A stretch of 64,000 nt of DNA, from contig CAXXUA010000003.1 in the NCBI GenBank assembly GCA_963663765.2, positions 192,001-256,000 of the forward strand, given 5' to 3'. The position numbers and the translations under genes were made by a program. Of this stretch, positions 40,251-49,343 are shown one piece after another (positions within the stretch are counted from its first letter, which is position 1; each line of letters starts with the position of its first letter). Below the pieces are notes generated by a model that did not search any database, was not told the origin of the DNA, and saw only the letters and a list, made by a program, of their open reading frames with translations. The DNA comes from Candidatus Poribacteria bacterium (lineage in GTDB: Bacteria > Poribacteria > WGA-4E > WGA-3G).

Positions 40251-41294
40251 GACATCTCTATCTATAGACATATCACATTGACTGCAGTGATACATTCTTT
40301 CTGAAAGTGTTAGGTCTTTCTTTTTGTGTCCACAACCGGAACAGGTTTTACTACTTGCAAAGAACATATCTGCTTCTTTGACAGGTATACCGTGCACTTC
40401 TGCTTTTGTCTTGAGTTTTAGCAGGAAACTGCCTAATGCTGTATCTGACAATGCTTTTGCGAGGTTTCTGTTCTTCAGCATATTAGTAACCTTGAGTGTC
40501 TCAATACCGATCGCAGATGCGAGGTTGACAATCTCTGTAGTTGCTTTATGATGTGCATCGTTTCGGATACAAGCGATACGATAGTAGATACGTTCTAACT
40601 TGTGTTTTTGTTTGAACCAGTTGTTAGACTTGAAAACTTTTCTACTTAATCTACGTTGTTCTCTTGCTAACTTCTTTTCATATCGTTTCAGGGGTCTTGG
40701 ATTATCATATTTCGTGCCATCACTCAATGTGGCAAGTGTGTTTATGCCTACATCTATACCAATCACAGGGTGCGTTGAGTTATCAACTGCTTCGGTGTCC
40801 TCTGTTTCTATGGTGATAGATACAAACCAACGATGTGCTGTCCTTGAGATCGTCACTTTCATAATCTTACCCACAAAACGCAATGATTCAAACATGCTAA
40901 TCCAACCAATCTTAGGAAGTTTGATACGCTTACCTTCAACTTCTACAGATTGATTATTTGTGGTGAATGCGTCCTTTTTGCCACGCTTCTTGAACTTCGG
41001 AAATCTCGCACGCTTACCAACCCAACTCGCAAGCGCAGCAGACAAGTTACCAAATATGCTTTTATTGGCTACAACCTGATCCATATCTTTAGTCCAAGCA
41101 TGTGCTTTCTTAGCAATATTAAATCGAGTGTTTAACTTCGCAGCGGATAAGAACTCATCATTTGCCAATGCAGACTTGAAATCTGCTAATGCATGATTAT
41201 ATGCAAATCTCGCATAGCCACACTGTTGTGCAAACCATTTTCGTTGATTGTTATTTGGATTCAATGCAATCTTATGTGTTTTTAGCATGATCAT
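40098..41294 (-). CDS. tnpB: RNA-guided endonuclease TnpB
   Basis: HTH (CGYARFAYN), FPKFKKRG, RuvC residues in GIDVG, IETL and DRDVNAAIN, zinc finger CSGC...CSQC. Appears intact. Confidence 0.93.
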   Translation of the reverse strand: MIMLKTHKIALNPNNNQRKWFAQQCGYARFAYNHALADFKSALANDEFLSAAKLNTRFNIAKKAHAWTKDMDQVVANKSIFGNLSAALASWVGKRARFPKFKKRGKKDAFTTNNQSVEVEGKRIKLPKIGWISMFESLRFVGKIMKVTISRTAHRWFVSITIETEDTEAVDNSTHPVIGIDVGINTLATLSDGTKYDNPRPLKRYEKKLAREQRRLSRKVFKSNNWFKQKHKLERIYYRIACIRNDAHHKATTEIVNLASAIGIETLKVTNMLKNRNLAKALSDTALGSFLLKLKTKAEVHGIPVKEADMFFASSKTCSGCGHKKKDLTLSERMYHCSQCDMSIDRDVNAAINLKPTTVGHTESHACGVQIRPNAVQERARDTEAGKVVWKQLKPFPI

Positions 41295-41581
41295 ATTCCA
41301 GTCCTATGAAGACGTCAGTTCCCTCTACTAAAGGTGTGTAGGTGTTAGTAGCACCTACACTGAACTGGTATAATGAGTATCTCATGTTTTAAACCAAAAA
41401 TCAAGTTTTTTCTTGACACAAGCACTTAGCACGACTACATCCCACTACCTAAAGGTAGGGGTTTTGTCGTGATTCTTGATAAATATAACTATAGGAAAGA
41501 CCACCAAGTCTTTTGGATGTCTATGTTTGAGGCTGTGGGATGCGAGACTGCATTATCCTAAGTCCAAAACGACTAACAGCC

Positions 41582-42181
41582 TTAATTTCCTTGTACTGCT
41601 TTGAAAACAGAATTCATTGCACCAAAAAGTATCGGAAGATTATCTACAGTATAATTCGTCATGTTTTGTATAAAAGTATCACCTACGAGCCTGCCAAATT
41701 CCCACATTTTTCCATCGGTTACAATACCGTAGACAGGAAATTCTGGATCGTCATTGATTTTTTGTGCTGCAACCATCTCTGCTAAGCATTGTCCCCATCC
41801 TTGTTCAAAATCGTTCTTTTTTGCTTCAACGAACATAATCAAAGGTGTTCCGACAACAGTTATTCCCAATTCAGATCGTGTAGCAATAAGATAGTCTGGT
41901 GTGCCGCTCAATGTTTCATCATATATAATAGATTTCTTTACCCAAAGTCCGTATTTTTCAGCATAATCCTTATATACCTCTTTTAAAATTGGAAATATAA
42001 CTACTTCAGATCTTGCACCTTCGGATGCAAAAACATCAATATATTTTCTGCTGAATTTAAGATCTTGTATAAATGTATCTGATGGTTTCTTTGCCTCAAC
42101 TTCGAAAAAGTCATTTGACGTATATCTGATGCTAAATTTTTCTTGAACTTCAGAAATAGTCTTGAAATCAATAAATGCCAT
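41582..42181 (-). CDS. PD-(D/E)xK nuclease-like protein, paralog B
   Basis: Clearly paralogous to 39114-39713, with identical C-terminus LFGAMNSVFKAVQGN. Confidence 0.6.
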   Translation of the reverse strand: MAFIDFKTISEVQEKFSIRYTSNDFFEVEAKKPSDTFIQDLKFSRKYIDVFASEGARSEVVIFPILKEVYKDYAEKYGLWVKKSIIYDETLSGTPDYLIATRSELGITVVGTPLIMFVEAKKNDFEQGWGQCLAEMVAAQKINDDPEFPVYGIVTDGKMWEFGRLVGDTFIQNMTNYTVDNLPILFGAMNSVFKAVQGN

Positions 42182-42208
42182 GAGGACTACCTCCACAATT
42201 TCAATTAA

Positions 42209-42296
42209 TACCAAATTAACATAAGTTGTATTGTTTGAGTGCCGAGAACATGGACGGGTACAGAGACCCGTCCCTACGATTTAGGTTAATTTGGTA
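42209..42296. mobile_element. 88-bp MITE containing a GTAG-type REP hairpin
   Basis: TACCAAATTAAC...GTTAATTTGGTA flanked by TAA. Internal GGACGGGT-acagag-ACCCGTCC-CTAC. Confidence 0.65.
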
Positions 42297-42321
42297 TAAC
42301 TTGTTTTCTGCAAAGCATAAA

Positions 42322-43143
42322 TTACGTACAAAAAGGTTTTAAATATGTAAAACTTTGTTCTGCAGCGTCTTCGGGTTCCATGATCTCTCGGAACGCTTGA
42401 TGTACCGTCACATATCCATCGTAAGCGATTGCTTCCAAACCGCGAAACACTAATGGAAAATCAATTCCACCCTCATCTTGCAACCGTATCGGATCGTGCG
42501 GGACTTCACCTTGTATCCATGTCAAAAGTCGTGTCTTCCCTTCCGGTCTACGTATGTGGTTCTGAAGATAGACATTGAACAGATATGGTGAAAAGCGTTT
42601 GAGAGTCTCAACGTCATACTTCTGCGCGCATAGATCGAGATTAGCAGGTTCATAGATAATACCAAAGTTCTTTCTGCCGACACGTTTTAGGACATCAATA
42701 GATCCCTCAACTGTTTCAAATAGACTCTGTGTATGCGATTGATGTGCAAGACAGATGCCACGTTCTGATGCTTCGTCAGATGCATGTTGTGCCCAAAGTA
42801 TATCTTCCTCAACCTTCATAGCGATCCGAATTAGTTCTGCCCCCAGCAGCTCCGTTAAATCAAGATATGGTGTAATATTGCGAAGTCCGTTCGGCCCTTC
42901 ATCGTTGTTGAGTGGGACAGGAAAATCACCGGTGACCATAGATATTTTTAGGTTGAGTGATTCTGCCTGTTTGCGTGCAGCGGTAATCTGCTCCAAAGGA
43001 GAATGGATGCCAACCTGCGAAGCACGCATACACATCGCCTCATAACCGAGGTTTGCTGCTAATTCTGTGAGTTGTGCAAATGTGTGTGTGGCATCTCTTT
43101 TTGATGCTGTCTCTGCAACGCGAACGGAAAGTGAGAGTTTCAT
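42322..43143 (-). CDS. Sugar phosphate isomerase/epimerase (xylose isomerase-like TIM barrel)
   Basis: AANLGYEA, NFGIIYEPAN, GGIDFPLVFRGLEAIAYDGYVTV. Confidence 0.8.
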   Translation of the reverse strand: MKLSLSVRVAETASKRDATHTFAQLTELAANLGYEAMCMRASQVGIHSPLEQITAARKQAESLNLKISMVTGDFPVPLNNDEGPNGLRNITPYLDLTELLGAELIRIAMKVEEDILWAQHASDEASERGICLAHQSHTQSLFETVEGSIDVLKRVGRKNFGIIYEPANLDLCAQKYDVETLKRFSPYLFNVYLQNHIRRPEGKTRLLTWIQGEVPHDPIRLQDEGGIDFPLVFRGLEAIAYDGYVTVHQAFREIMEPEDAAEQSFTYLKPFCT

Positions 43144-43295
43144 CTAATCCTTTTCTCCAAAGTTTGTCGTGAAAGTCTATATTATAACCCAAGTTGCAAC
43201 CTACTTCGGAATACTCTTATAGGAGGGGTTTCTAACCCCGATTTAGAACAAAAAACATTAATATTTGCGAAAAACCGTTGTTTTATTTGTAATAA

Positions 43296-43439
43296 CTAGT
43301 GCTTAGTCACGTGCTTATTGATGGGTCTAAAAAGAAGTCGGGAATCGGAGTTCCCTCCTACAATACACACAATACACAAGTCTTCTGTAGGAGCGATCTC
43401 CGAATCTCAACCTACAATAGTATGTTGACTCAACACTAG
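43296..43439. mobile_element. MITE with imperfect CTAGTG.. TIRs enclosing REP-like hairpins
   Basis: CTAGTGCTTAGTCA...TGACTCAACACTAG flanked by TAA. Internal GGGAATCGGAGTTCCCTCCTAC and GTAGGAGCGATC. Confidence 0.55.
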
Positions 43440-43853
43440 TAACTATCTGTTTGAAATTGTTTAGGTGGCAACTTTTGTGTATTTCTTGAGATTTCATAAG
43501 AATTTGCTACTATCAAAACCGTACCGTACGGTACGGTTTTTTCGGTTTGCGGTACGGTTTTGTAAACATGTAATGCGTCCAGTATCTATAAGGCTTTATC
43601 GTGGTTTTTGTAGTGTTTTTAATGTGAAATCATTTTCATTTTTTGGTACGGTTTTTACGGTTCGCGTTTTTATGTGTTTTGGTATTTGTTTTGCATAGTG
43701 TTTTTGTTGTGTGTTTTTCTTTTGTATATATTATATATGATTTTTTATGGTTTTTGTAGTTTTTCGGGTGTCTGTTTATTGGGATTTTCAATAAGTTTAA
43801 TGTGTATTTGGATTTACAGCAAAGTTTCTATTCAAAACTTTACACACCCTGTG

Positions 43854-44705
43854 TTATAGAAGTATATCAGTGATGGAAAGTACCATCAAAACCAAACTTA
43901 TCATACCGTTCAACGTGAAGAACGCGAGATTGACACGGGAAAGGTCATTTGGTTTGACAATAGCATGTTCATAAATGAAAATAAGGACGACAATTCCAAC
44001 ACCAATATAGTAAAAAAGTCCCAATTCCACAAGAAACGGTATACCGAATAGAAGTAAAACAGCGACCGCGTGAAACGCAGATGAAACCCATAATGCCCAA
44101 CGAATACCGAGCCGCGCTGGAATAGAACGCAGTCCATGTTTTCTGTCAAAGTTAACATCTTGACATGCATAGATGATGTCAAATCCTGCTGTCCAAAGCA
44201 ACACAACACAACAAAGTACTATGGGTGTCCAATTAAATCTACCTGTAATTGCTATCCACGCTCCAACGGGTGAGATGGATAGTGCCAATCCTAACCACAA
44301 ATGCGATAGTGCAGTGAACCGTTTCGAGTACGAATACCCCATGATGACAGCAAGTGCAACAGGTGACAAAGCAAAAGCAAGTGGGTTTAATCGCCACGCA
44401 GCGCATACTAACAAACCTGCAGATACAAGTGTAAAAAACCAAACTGCTCCTTTTGTGATTAAACCTGACGGGATGGCACGCATTGACGTTCGCGGATTTA
44501 CGCCATCAATTTCCGCATCAGCAAGACGATTGAACGCCATCGCACAACTACGCGCACCCATCATCGCAACAAGAATCCAACCGAGTTTGGGAAGCGGTGG
44601 AATCCCGTCCGATGCAATAAACGCACTCATGATCGCAAACGGAAGTGCAAAAACGGTATGTTCAAATTTGATCATCTCAAGAATGATTTTGAGTTTTCGC
44701 ATCAA
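43854..44705 (-). CDS. ubiA: UbiA-family prenyltransferase (MqnP-like)
   Basis: IKFEHTVFALPFA, NRLADAEID..NPRT, FDIIYACQD..FD, multiple TM helices. Confidence 0.85.
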   Translation of the reverse strand: MMRKLKIILEMIKFEHTVFALPFAIMSAFIASDGIPPLPKLGWILVAMMGARSCAMAFNRLADAEIDGVNPRTSMRAIPSGLITKGAVWFFTLVSAGLLVCAAWRLNPLAFALSPVALAVIMGYSYSKRFTALSHLWLGLALSISPVGAWIAITGRFNWTPIVLCCVVLLWTAGFDIIYACQDVNFDRKHGLRSIPARLGIRWALWVSSAFHAVAVLLLFGIPFLVELGLFYYIGVGIVVLIFIYEHAIVKPNDLSRVNLAFFTLNGMISLVLMVLSITDILL

Positions 44706-44709
44706 CTAC

Positions 44710-45300
44710 CTATTCTTTCCACCTTTGCGTCAATCCTGAATCTACATCAAACTGGTCCAAGATTTTCGTGACAACAAAGTTAATTTGGTCATCTACCGTT
44801 TTCGGATAATGATAAAACCCTGGCATTGCAGGTAGAACACACACACCTATCCGTGATAGTTTGAGCATGTTTTCAAGATGGATGGAACTGAGCGGGGTCT
44901 CACGTGGCACGATAACAAGTTTTCTACGTTCCTTGATACATACGTCTGCTGAACGTTGGATAAGGTTACGGGAAATACCCGATGCAATAGATGCAACAGT
45001 CCCCATACTACACGGCACAACAATCATACCCTCTGTCCGAAAAGAACCACTCGCTATTGCTGCGCCGATATCAGATTCATGATGGTAAATCACCTGTTCC
45101 GTGTCAATACCAATAAGCGATTCCAACTTGAAATTATCAATATCAACTTCAATCTGCAGTTCTTCCCACAGTGCCCGCGCGCCAGACTTAGAGATAGTCA
45201 GATGCACTTCAAAATCCCGTTGTTGTGTCAGAACTTCAAGCAACCGCACTCCATAAACGACTGCACTTGCACCTGTGATACCGACTATCAATCGCTTCAA
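44710..45300 (-). CDS. ubiX: Flavin prenyltransferase UbiX
   Basis: VGITGAS..YG, IASGS, PCSMGT, VPRETP, PAMPGFY. Confidence 0.92.
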   Translation of the reverse strand: MKRLIVGITGASAVVYGVRLLEVLTQQRDFEVHLTISKSGARALWEELQIEVDIDNFKLESLIGIDTEQVIYHHESDIGAAIASGSFRTEGMIVVPCSMGTVASIASGISRNLIQRSADVCIKERRKLVIVPRETPLSSIHLENMLKLSRIGVCVLPAMPGFYHYPKTVDDQINFVVTKILDQFDVDSGLTQRWKE

Positions 45301-46581
45301 TTAGTGTTTCTCCGATATAAACGGCAGAAGGTTGCCCGTTGTGTCAAATTCATAAGGAAGTGTCTTACCGACTACCTCAAGATTTGAATGTATTTGTGCA
45401 TCTTCAAGGAGTACCTCTGAAATATCCATTTCTGTCAATCTCAACGTGCTCTCAATGCGAATCACACGTGCATTCTCCGGTTTCGTCAGTCCAATGGTGT
45501 CAAGTGCAACTTCAATCGCTTCTCTGTCTGTATCGTAGTAGAAGGGGATCTTTGACTTCTGCGGACCAAGTGCGGTAATACCGTTCATATAGGTTGCATG
45601 TCGGTCAATCTGTTCAACGAGTCGCGTTGTTGTGAAATCTGCAAGACCAATTCCTGTTGCATTACCATCACTTTCTTCGGTGAGATCACGCACAAATATA
45701 CGTAGAATCGCAGGTTTGAGGGGTTCTGGTTCAAAATTCTGCATCATCCTACCGATAACATTGGTATCCATTCCTGTCCCACTGATGTTTTTCCCAACCC
45801 AGTCTACAATCAAGAGGTCAAGTTCATCAAATGGAAGCCGTCCCATCAAAGATTTTGACTCAACCAGCAGTTCGCGTTCGGTTTGCAGAAGTCGTGCAGC
45901 AGGCATTGCAACAACCTTCGCAGTGTCTTCATGAGCATTTTCTATCAGTCCTAAACCAAATGCAATCTTCCCTGAGTCAAGGATAAAACTCCCTGCTGCT
46001 GTAATAACATGTTCAAAACCGTATTGAAAGAAAGCACGGTGATAAAAGTTTGCCCCTTGCTGTTTACCGAGACCAATAACCATCATCTTCATCAATCCGC
46101 TTTCTATAGATCCGTTGAAATCCGTATGTGCTTTAATGCGGTTAAGTGGTACGACATGGTCAGCTTCTGCGGCATAACGATCCATGAAAACAGGTAGGTC
46201 GTCAGCTCCTGCTTGCGGTAAAGTGCCAAGTTTCACAACATCCATTGTCGCTTTGACAGGTGCGCCAACAGTTTCCTCCGTAATTCCGTAATGCTCCAGC
46301 ACGCTCCGCTGTCCTTCTGCTGTTGCCCCGCCGTGGCTGCCCATCGCTGGAACAACAAAAGGTTTCGCACCAATACCTTTGAGATAATCCACAGTCGCCT
46401 TAACTGCTGTTGCGACATTAGCAACTCCTCGACTCCCCGCAGTAATCGCAACAGTCTTACCGGGATGGACAATAGCTGCAGCATCAATCCTATCCAATTC
46501 TGCATGAATTGCTGCGGGCAGATCATTGAGAACCGGTGCGTCAAAATGCTGTCGGACTCGTGTCATTTTTGGAAGAGCCAT
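45301..46581 (-). CDS. LarA N-terminal-like (DUF2088/DUF362) protein
   Basis: AITAGSRG, PAMGSHGGAT, NRIKAHT, GKNISGTGMD. Confidence 0.75.
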   Translation of the reverse strand: MALPKMTRVRQHFDAPVLNDLPAAIHAELDRIDAAAIVHPGKTVAITAGSRGVANVATAVKATVDYLKGIGAKPFVVPAMGSHGGATAEGQRSVLEHYGITEETVGAPVKATMDVVKLGTLPQAGADDLPVFMDRYAAEADHVVPLNRIKAHTDFNGSIESGLMKMMVIGLGKQQGANFYHRAFFQYGFEHVITAAGSFILDSGKIAFGLGLIENAHEDTAKVVAMPAARLLQTERELLVESKSLMGRLPFDELDLLIVDWVGKNISGTGMDTNVIGRMMQNFEPEPLKPAILRIFVRDLTEESDGNATGIGLADFTTTRLVEQIDRHATYMNGITALGPQKSKIPFYYDTDREAIEVALDTIGLTKPENARVIRIESTLRLTEMDISEVLLEDAQIHSNLEVVGKTLPYEFDTTGNLLPFISEKH

Positions 46582-46742
46582 CTGTTTCTGTCCTTATTCT
46601 AATAAAATGTATTGTCTTACTCAAATCTACTCTTACGGGCAATTCTAACAGAAATAACACAGAAATGCAAGCAAATTAGAGATGAACCAGGGTTATTTAG
46701 TTTTAAGAATTATCAGTTGATGGGTCTTATCCTTGTAATCTT

Positions 46743-46767
46743 GGGAATGTCATAAGACATTCATACC
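46743..46767. repeat. Solitary copy of the GGGAAT..ATAA..ATTCATAC palindrome family
   Basis: GAATGTC-ATAA-GACATTC-ATACC, a compensatory variant of the 27-bp unit at 60644. Confidence 0.6.
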
Positions 46768-46960
46768 TTTGATGTGAACATCTGAGAATCCTGCAAATCT
46801 TGGTTCAGACATAATAAAAGACTTTACACCCCATAATTTTTTGACAAATTTACATTTTTATGTCATAATTCCACACCTTAGTATTAGAAAATATTGACAT
46901 CTGGTTTTCATTCAAACTATAAGGGTCTACATGCAAACACACCGAAAGGGAGGTTGAGTT

Positions 46961-48115
46961 ATGGACTCAGATAAATCAACGACAACAGAAACTTACCGTG
47001 CAACCGCATTCGCTGATTTCAATCCAGAACATGCAGCACCAGGTGCCACACCAGAACGTTTAGCACACTTGAAAGAACAAGGTTTTGTCATCATCAACGA
47101 CTTTGTTGACAATCCGTGGATACCGATACTACGTGAAGCGGGTAGAGGTGTTACAGAAGCATGTGCACCTGAAAACAAATATGATGTAATTGACTGTTCA
47201 AAAGGGTACGTCCACAGAACAGGACAAGACCAACCGTGGGCAATTCGAGGAATCATTCATCCAGCATTCGGTGAATCCAGTTTTGCTGAATTCCACGGTT
47301 CAACTGAATTCTTAGACTTCGTGGCATCCTGGTGCTACGGACTTCAACCTGAAGATCTAACATTCAGCGGTATGCTGCTGTGGGCAAATCCACGCACACA
47401 TGAAAACAAACTCGGTTGGCACAGAGACGTGACATGGTGGGGGACGGGGAAAAGTTACTTTGCACAAAGGGAAGTCCGGGGCGATGGTCCTGAAGCATAC
47501 TCTGAAGAGACTGAAAGTAAAATTTGGAAAGAAATCCAAGAAAGAAACGTTAAGAACATAGAAAAACGGAACGGTGTAAGTATGTTTTTAGCACTTGTTG
47601 ACGACGAATGCCATGAACTCATCCCCGGCAGCCATGACAGATGGCGCACTCCTTATGAGCACGATGTACTACTGCCTAAAGCAATGAAAGATCAAGGTGT
47701 GCCGCATACACCAAGCTGGAATGGCACAGACCCCTTACCCGGACAAGTCGCAATACGACTAAAAGCGGGTGAAGCACTCATCCGAAACGGTGCAACAATC
47801 CACACAGGACACACTGTACCTGAACGCGAACGCAACACACTGTCAATCGGTTGGTCAAAATGGGGAGGTGAATTCACTGGAGAACCTTCCGTTACAGATG
47901 TCCGACATGCATGGCAGCTGGATTCAGCAGTAAGGGACACACTACCCCATGAATGGATGAAAACCGCATGGGATCGCTGGACAGAAACTCAAAAACTCGG
48001 CGATACACTTGAAGATCGTTACGTAGGATTTGATATTAGACACATCAAATCTGGAATGGTGCTTGGGTGGCGCGGCGAATTAGAACAGAAAGCCGCTGCT
48101 GGTAAAGAAGTCTAA
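46961..48115 (+). CDS. PhyH-family dioxygenase
   Basis: EQGFVII, WHRD, IPGSH, LKAGEAL...IHTG...R. Confidence 0.75.
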   Translation: MDSDKSTTTETYRATAFADFNPEHAAPGATPERLAHLKEQGFVIINDFVDNPWIPILREAGRGVTEACAPENKYDVIDCSKGYVHRTGQDQPWAIRGIIHPAFGESSFAEFHGSTEFLDFVASWCYGLQPEDLTFSGMLLWANPRTHENKLGWHRDVTWWGTGKSYFAQREVRGDGPEAYSEETESKIWKEIQERNVKNIEKRNGVSMFLALVDDECHELIPGSHDRWRTPYEHDVLLPKAMKDQGVPHTPSWNGTDPLPGQVAIRLKAGEALIRNGATIHTGHTVPERERNTLSIGWSKWGGEFTGEPSVTDVRHAWQLDSAVRDTLPHEWMKTAWDRWTETQKLGDTLEDRYVGFDIRHIKSGMVLGWRGELEQKAAAGKEV

Positions 48116-49302
48116 TCTATCACCGATTCATAAACATCAACCAGTTTCTTCGCAATGTTGCGCCAATCGTAATCCTGTTCAACGCGCACACGACCACGCA
48201 GCCCTATTTTTTGACGTAACGAGATGTCTATTAGCAATCGGATGACCGCATCAGCAAACGCTTTCGGTTCATCAGCAATAAAAATATCTTCACCGTCTTG
48301 GAGTGCTAACCCCTCTGCACCCACGGTAGTGGACACAACCGCTTTCCCCATTGCTAACGCTTCAAGGATTTTGAGGCGCGTTCCACTTCCGATACGTAAT
48401 GGTACAACAAAAACTGTCGCCTCAGCAAAATAGGGTTTGATCTCAGGCACGCGTCCTGTGACCACAACACCTTCACGTTCAGCCAACTTTTGCACCCGTG
48501 CCGATGGTTTTCCACCAACAATAGAAAATCTGACATCCGACATACTCTTCTGAATTAACGGCAACACCTCTTCAGCAAAAAAGGCAACTGCGTCTTCGTT
48601 CGGATACCAATCCATACTGCCGATATAGATGAGGTGTGCGGAAGCCTCAACTTCAAAATCTGGAGAAAAATGCGTAACATCTACACCGTTCGGTACGACT
48701 TGGACAGCACCATCCTTGCAATACTTCTGAAAAACGGCAGCATCAATCTCAGACGTGCATGTAACCGCATCAAATTTCGGACTGAACACCCGCTCATAAC
48801 GTTGAAATGCAAGTTTCTGAGTCCAATACGCAAACTTGTAAAATAGATTCGTCGTTTCATCCTGTAGACGTTCCCAAATCGCAGAATCAACATTTTGTAA
48901 TGAAAGCACACTCGGAAGGTCGGTTTCTGTGTATAATTGTCCCGTGTGAAACATCTCATAGTGAACAAGGTCATAAGTTTCTGTTGACAACAATTCTTTG
49001 AATTTCTGCCTATATGCACCTACATTGTAACGGGCAACGGTGATGGGTTGTCTTTGGAAAAAAGCTGAAAGAAGTGTACTGAGTGATACGCGAGGTAACG
49101 AGGTGGTATTTGCTACAAGGTGTACGTTAATACCTAATTCCTGGAGATGTTCAATACTCTCAACATCTGTCGGCTGCGTCTCTAATGCAAGGAGGGACAC
49201 ATCGTTTTTTTCTGCAATCTGTTTGACGAGGTTATAGACGCGAATACGACCACCGTCTGTGAGAGGATAAGGCACGGTAGGCGAGAGGAAAAGTATCTTC
49301 AT
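48112..49302 (-). CDS. Glycosyltransferase family 4
   Basis: PNGVD, GSMDWYPN, GTRLKILEALAMGKAVVST. Confidence 0.9.
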   Translation of the reverse strand: MKILFLSPTVPYPLTDGGRIRVYNLVKQIAEKNDVSLLALETQPTDVESIEHLQELGINVHLVANTTSLPRVSLSTLLSAFFQRQPITVARYNVGAYRQKFKELLSTETYDLVHYEMFHTGQLYTETDLPSVLSLQNVDSAIWERLQDETTNLFYKFAYWTQKLAFQRYERVFSPKFDAVTCTSEIDAAVFQKYCKDGAVQVVPNGVDVTHFSPDFEVEASAHLIYIGSMDWYPNEDAVAFFAEEVLPLIQKSMSDVRFSIVGGKPSARVQKLAEREGVVVTGRVPEIKPYFAEATVFVVPLRIGSGTRLKILEALAMGKAVVSTTVGAEGLALQDGEDIFIADEPKAFADAVIRLLIDISLRQKIGLRGRVRVEQDYDWRNIAKKLVDVYESVID

Positions 49303-49343
49303 GTTTAGGGGAAATTATTTCCAATATTAAACTAACGGGATTA

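Larger units (their letters stand above)
40057..41478 (-). mobile_element. IS200/IS605-family tnpB-only (IS1341-like) element with both ends
   Basis: Minus-strand left end TTTAT|CAAGAATCACGACAAAACCCCTACCTTTAGGTAGTGGG and right end GAACCCCCATGCTTTAGCTTGGGGAGTATGTCAG, resembling IS608-type subterminal hairpins. No tnpA. Confidence 0.8.
39876..41576. mobile_element. MITE (about 280 bp when empty) with perfect 19-bp TIRs, hosting the tnpB element
   Basis: TTAGTCGTTTTGGACTTAG (39876-39894) and CTAAGTCCAAAACGACTAA (41558-41576). Confidence 0.7.

Noticed and set aside
39876-41576. Cas12/type V CRISPR effector or domesticated TldR
   Set aside because: The protein is a 398-aa TnpB with IS ends, no CRISPR array and an intact D-E-D triad.
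43465-43859. Short hydrophobic ORFs (77 and 61 aa) in the T-rich tract
   Set aside because: The Phe/Cys/Val-rich composition simply reflects the T/G skew, and there is no RBS or recognisable family.
46684-46810. AATC(C/T)TG...GGTTCAGAC motifs (also at about 51122-51165) as a riboswitch
   Set aside because: They look like a short dispersed intergenic repeat, and I recognise no aptamer consensus.
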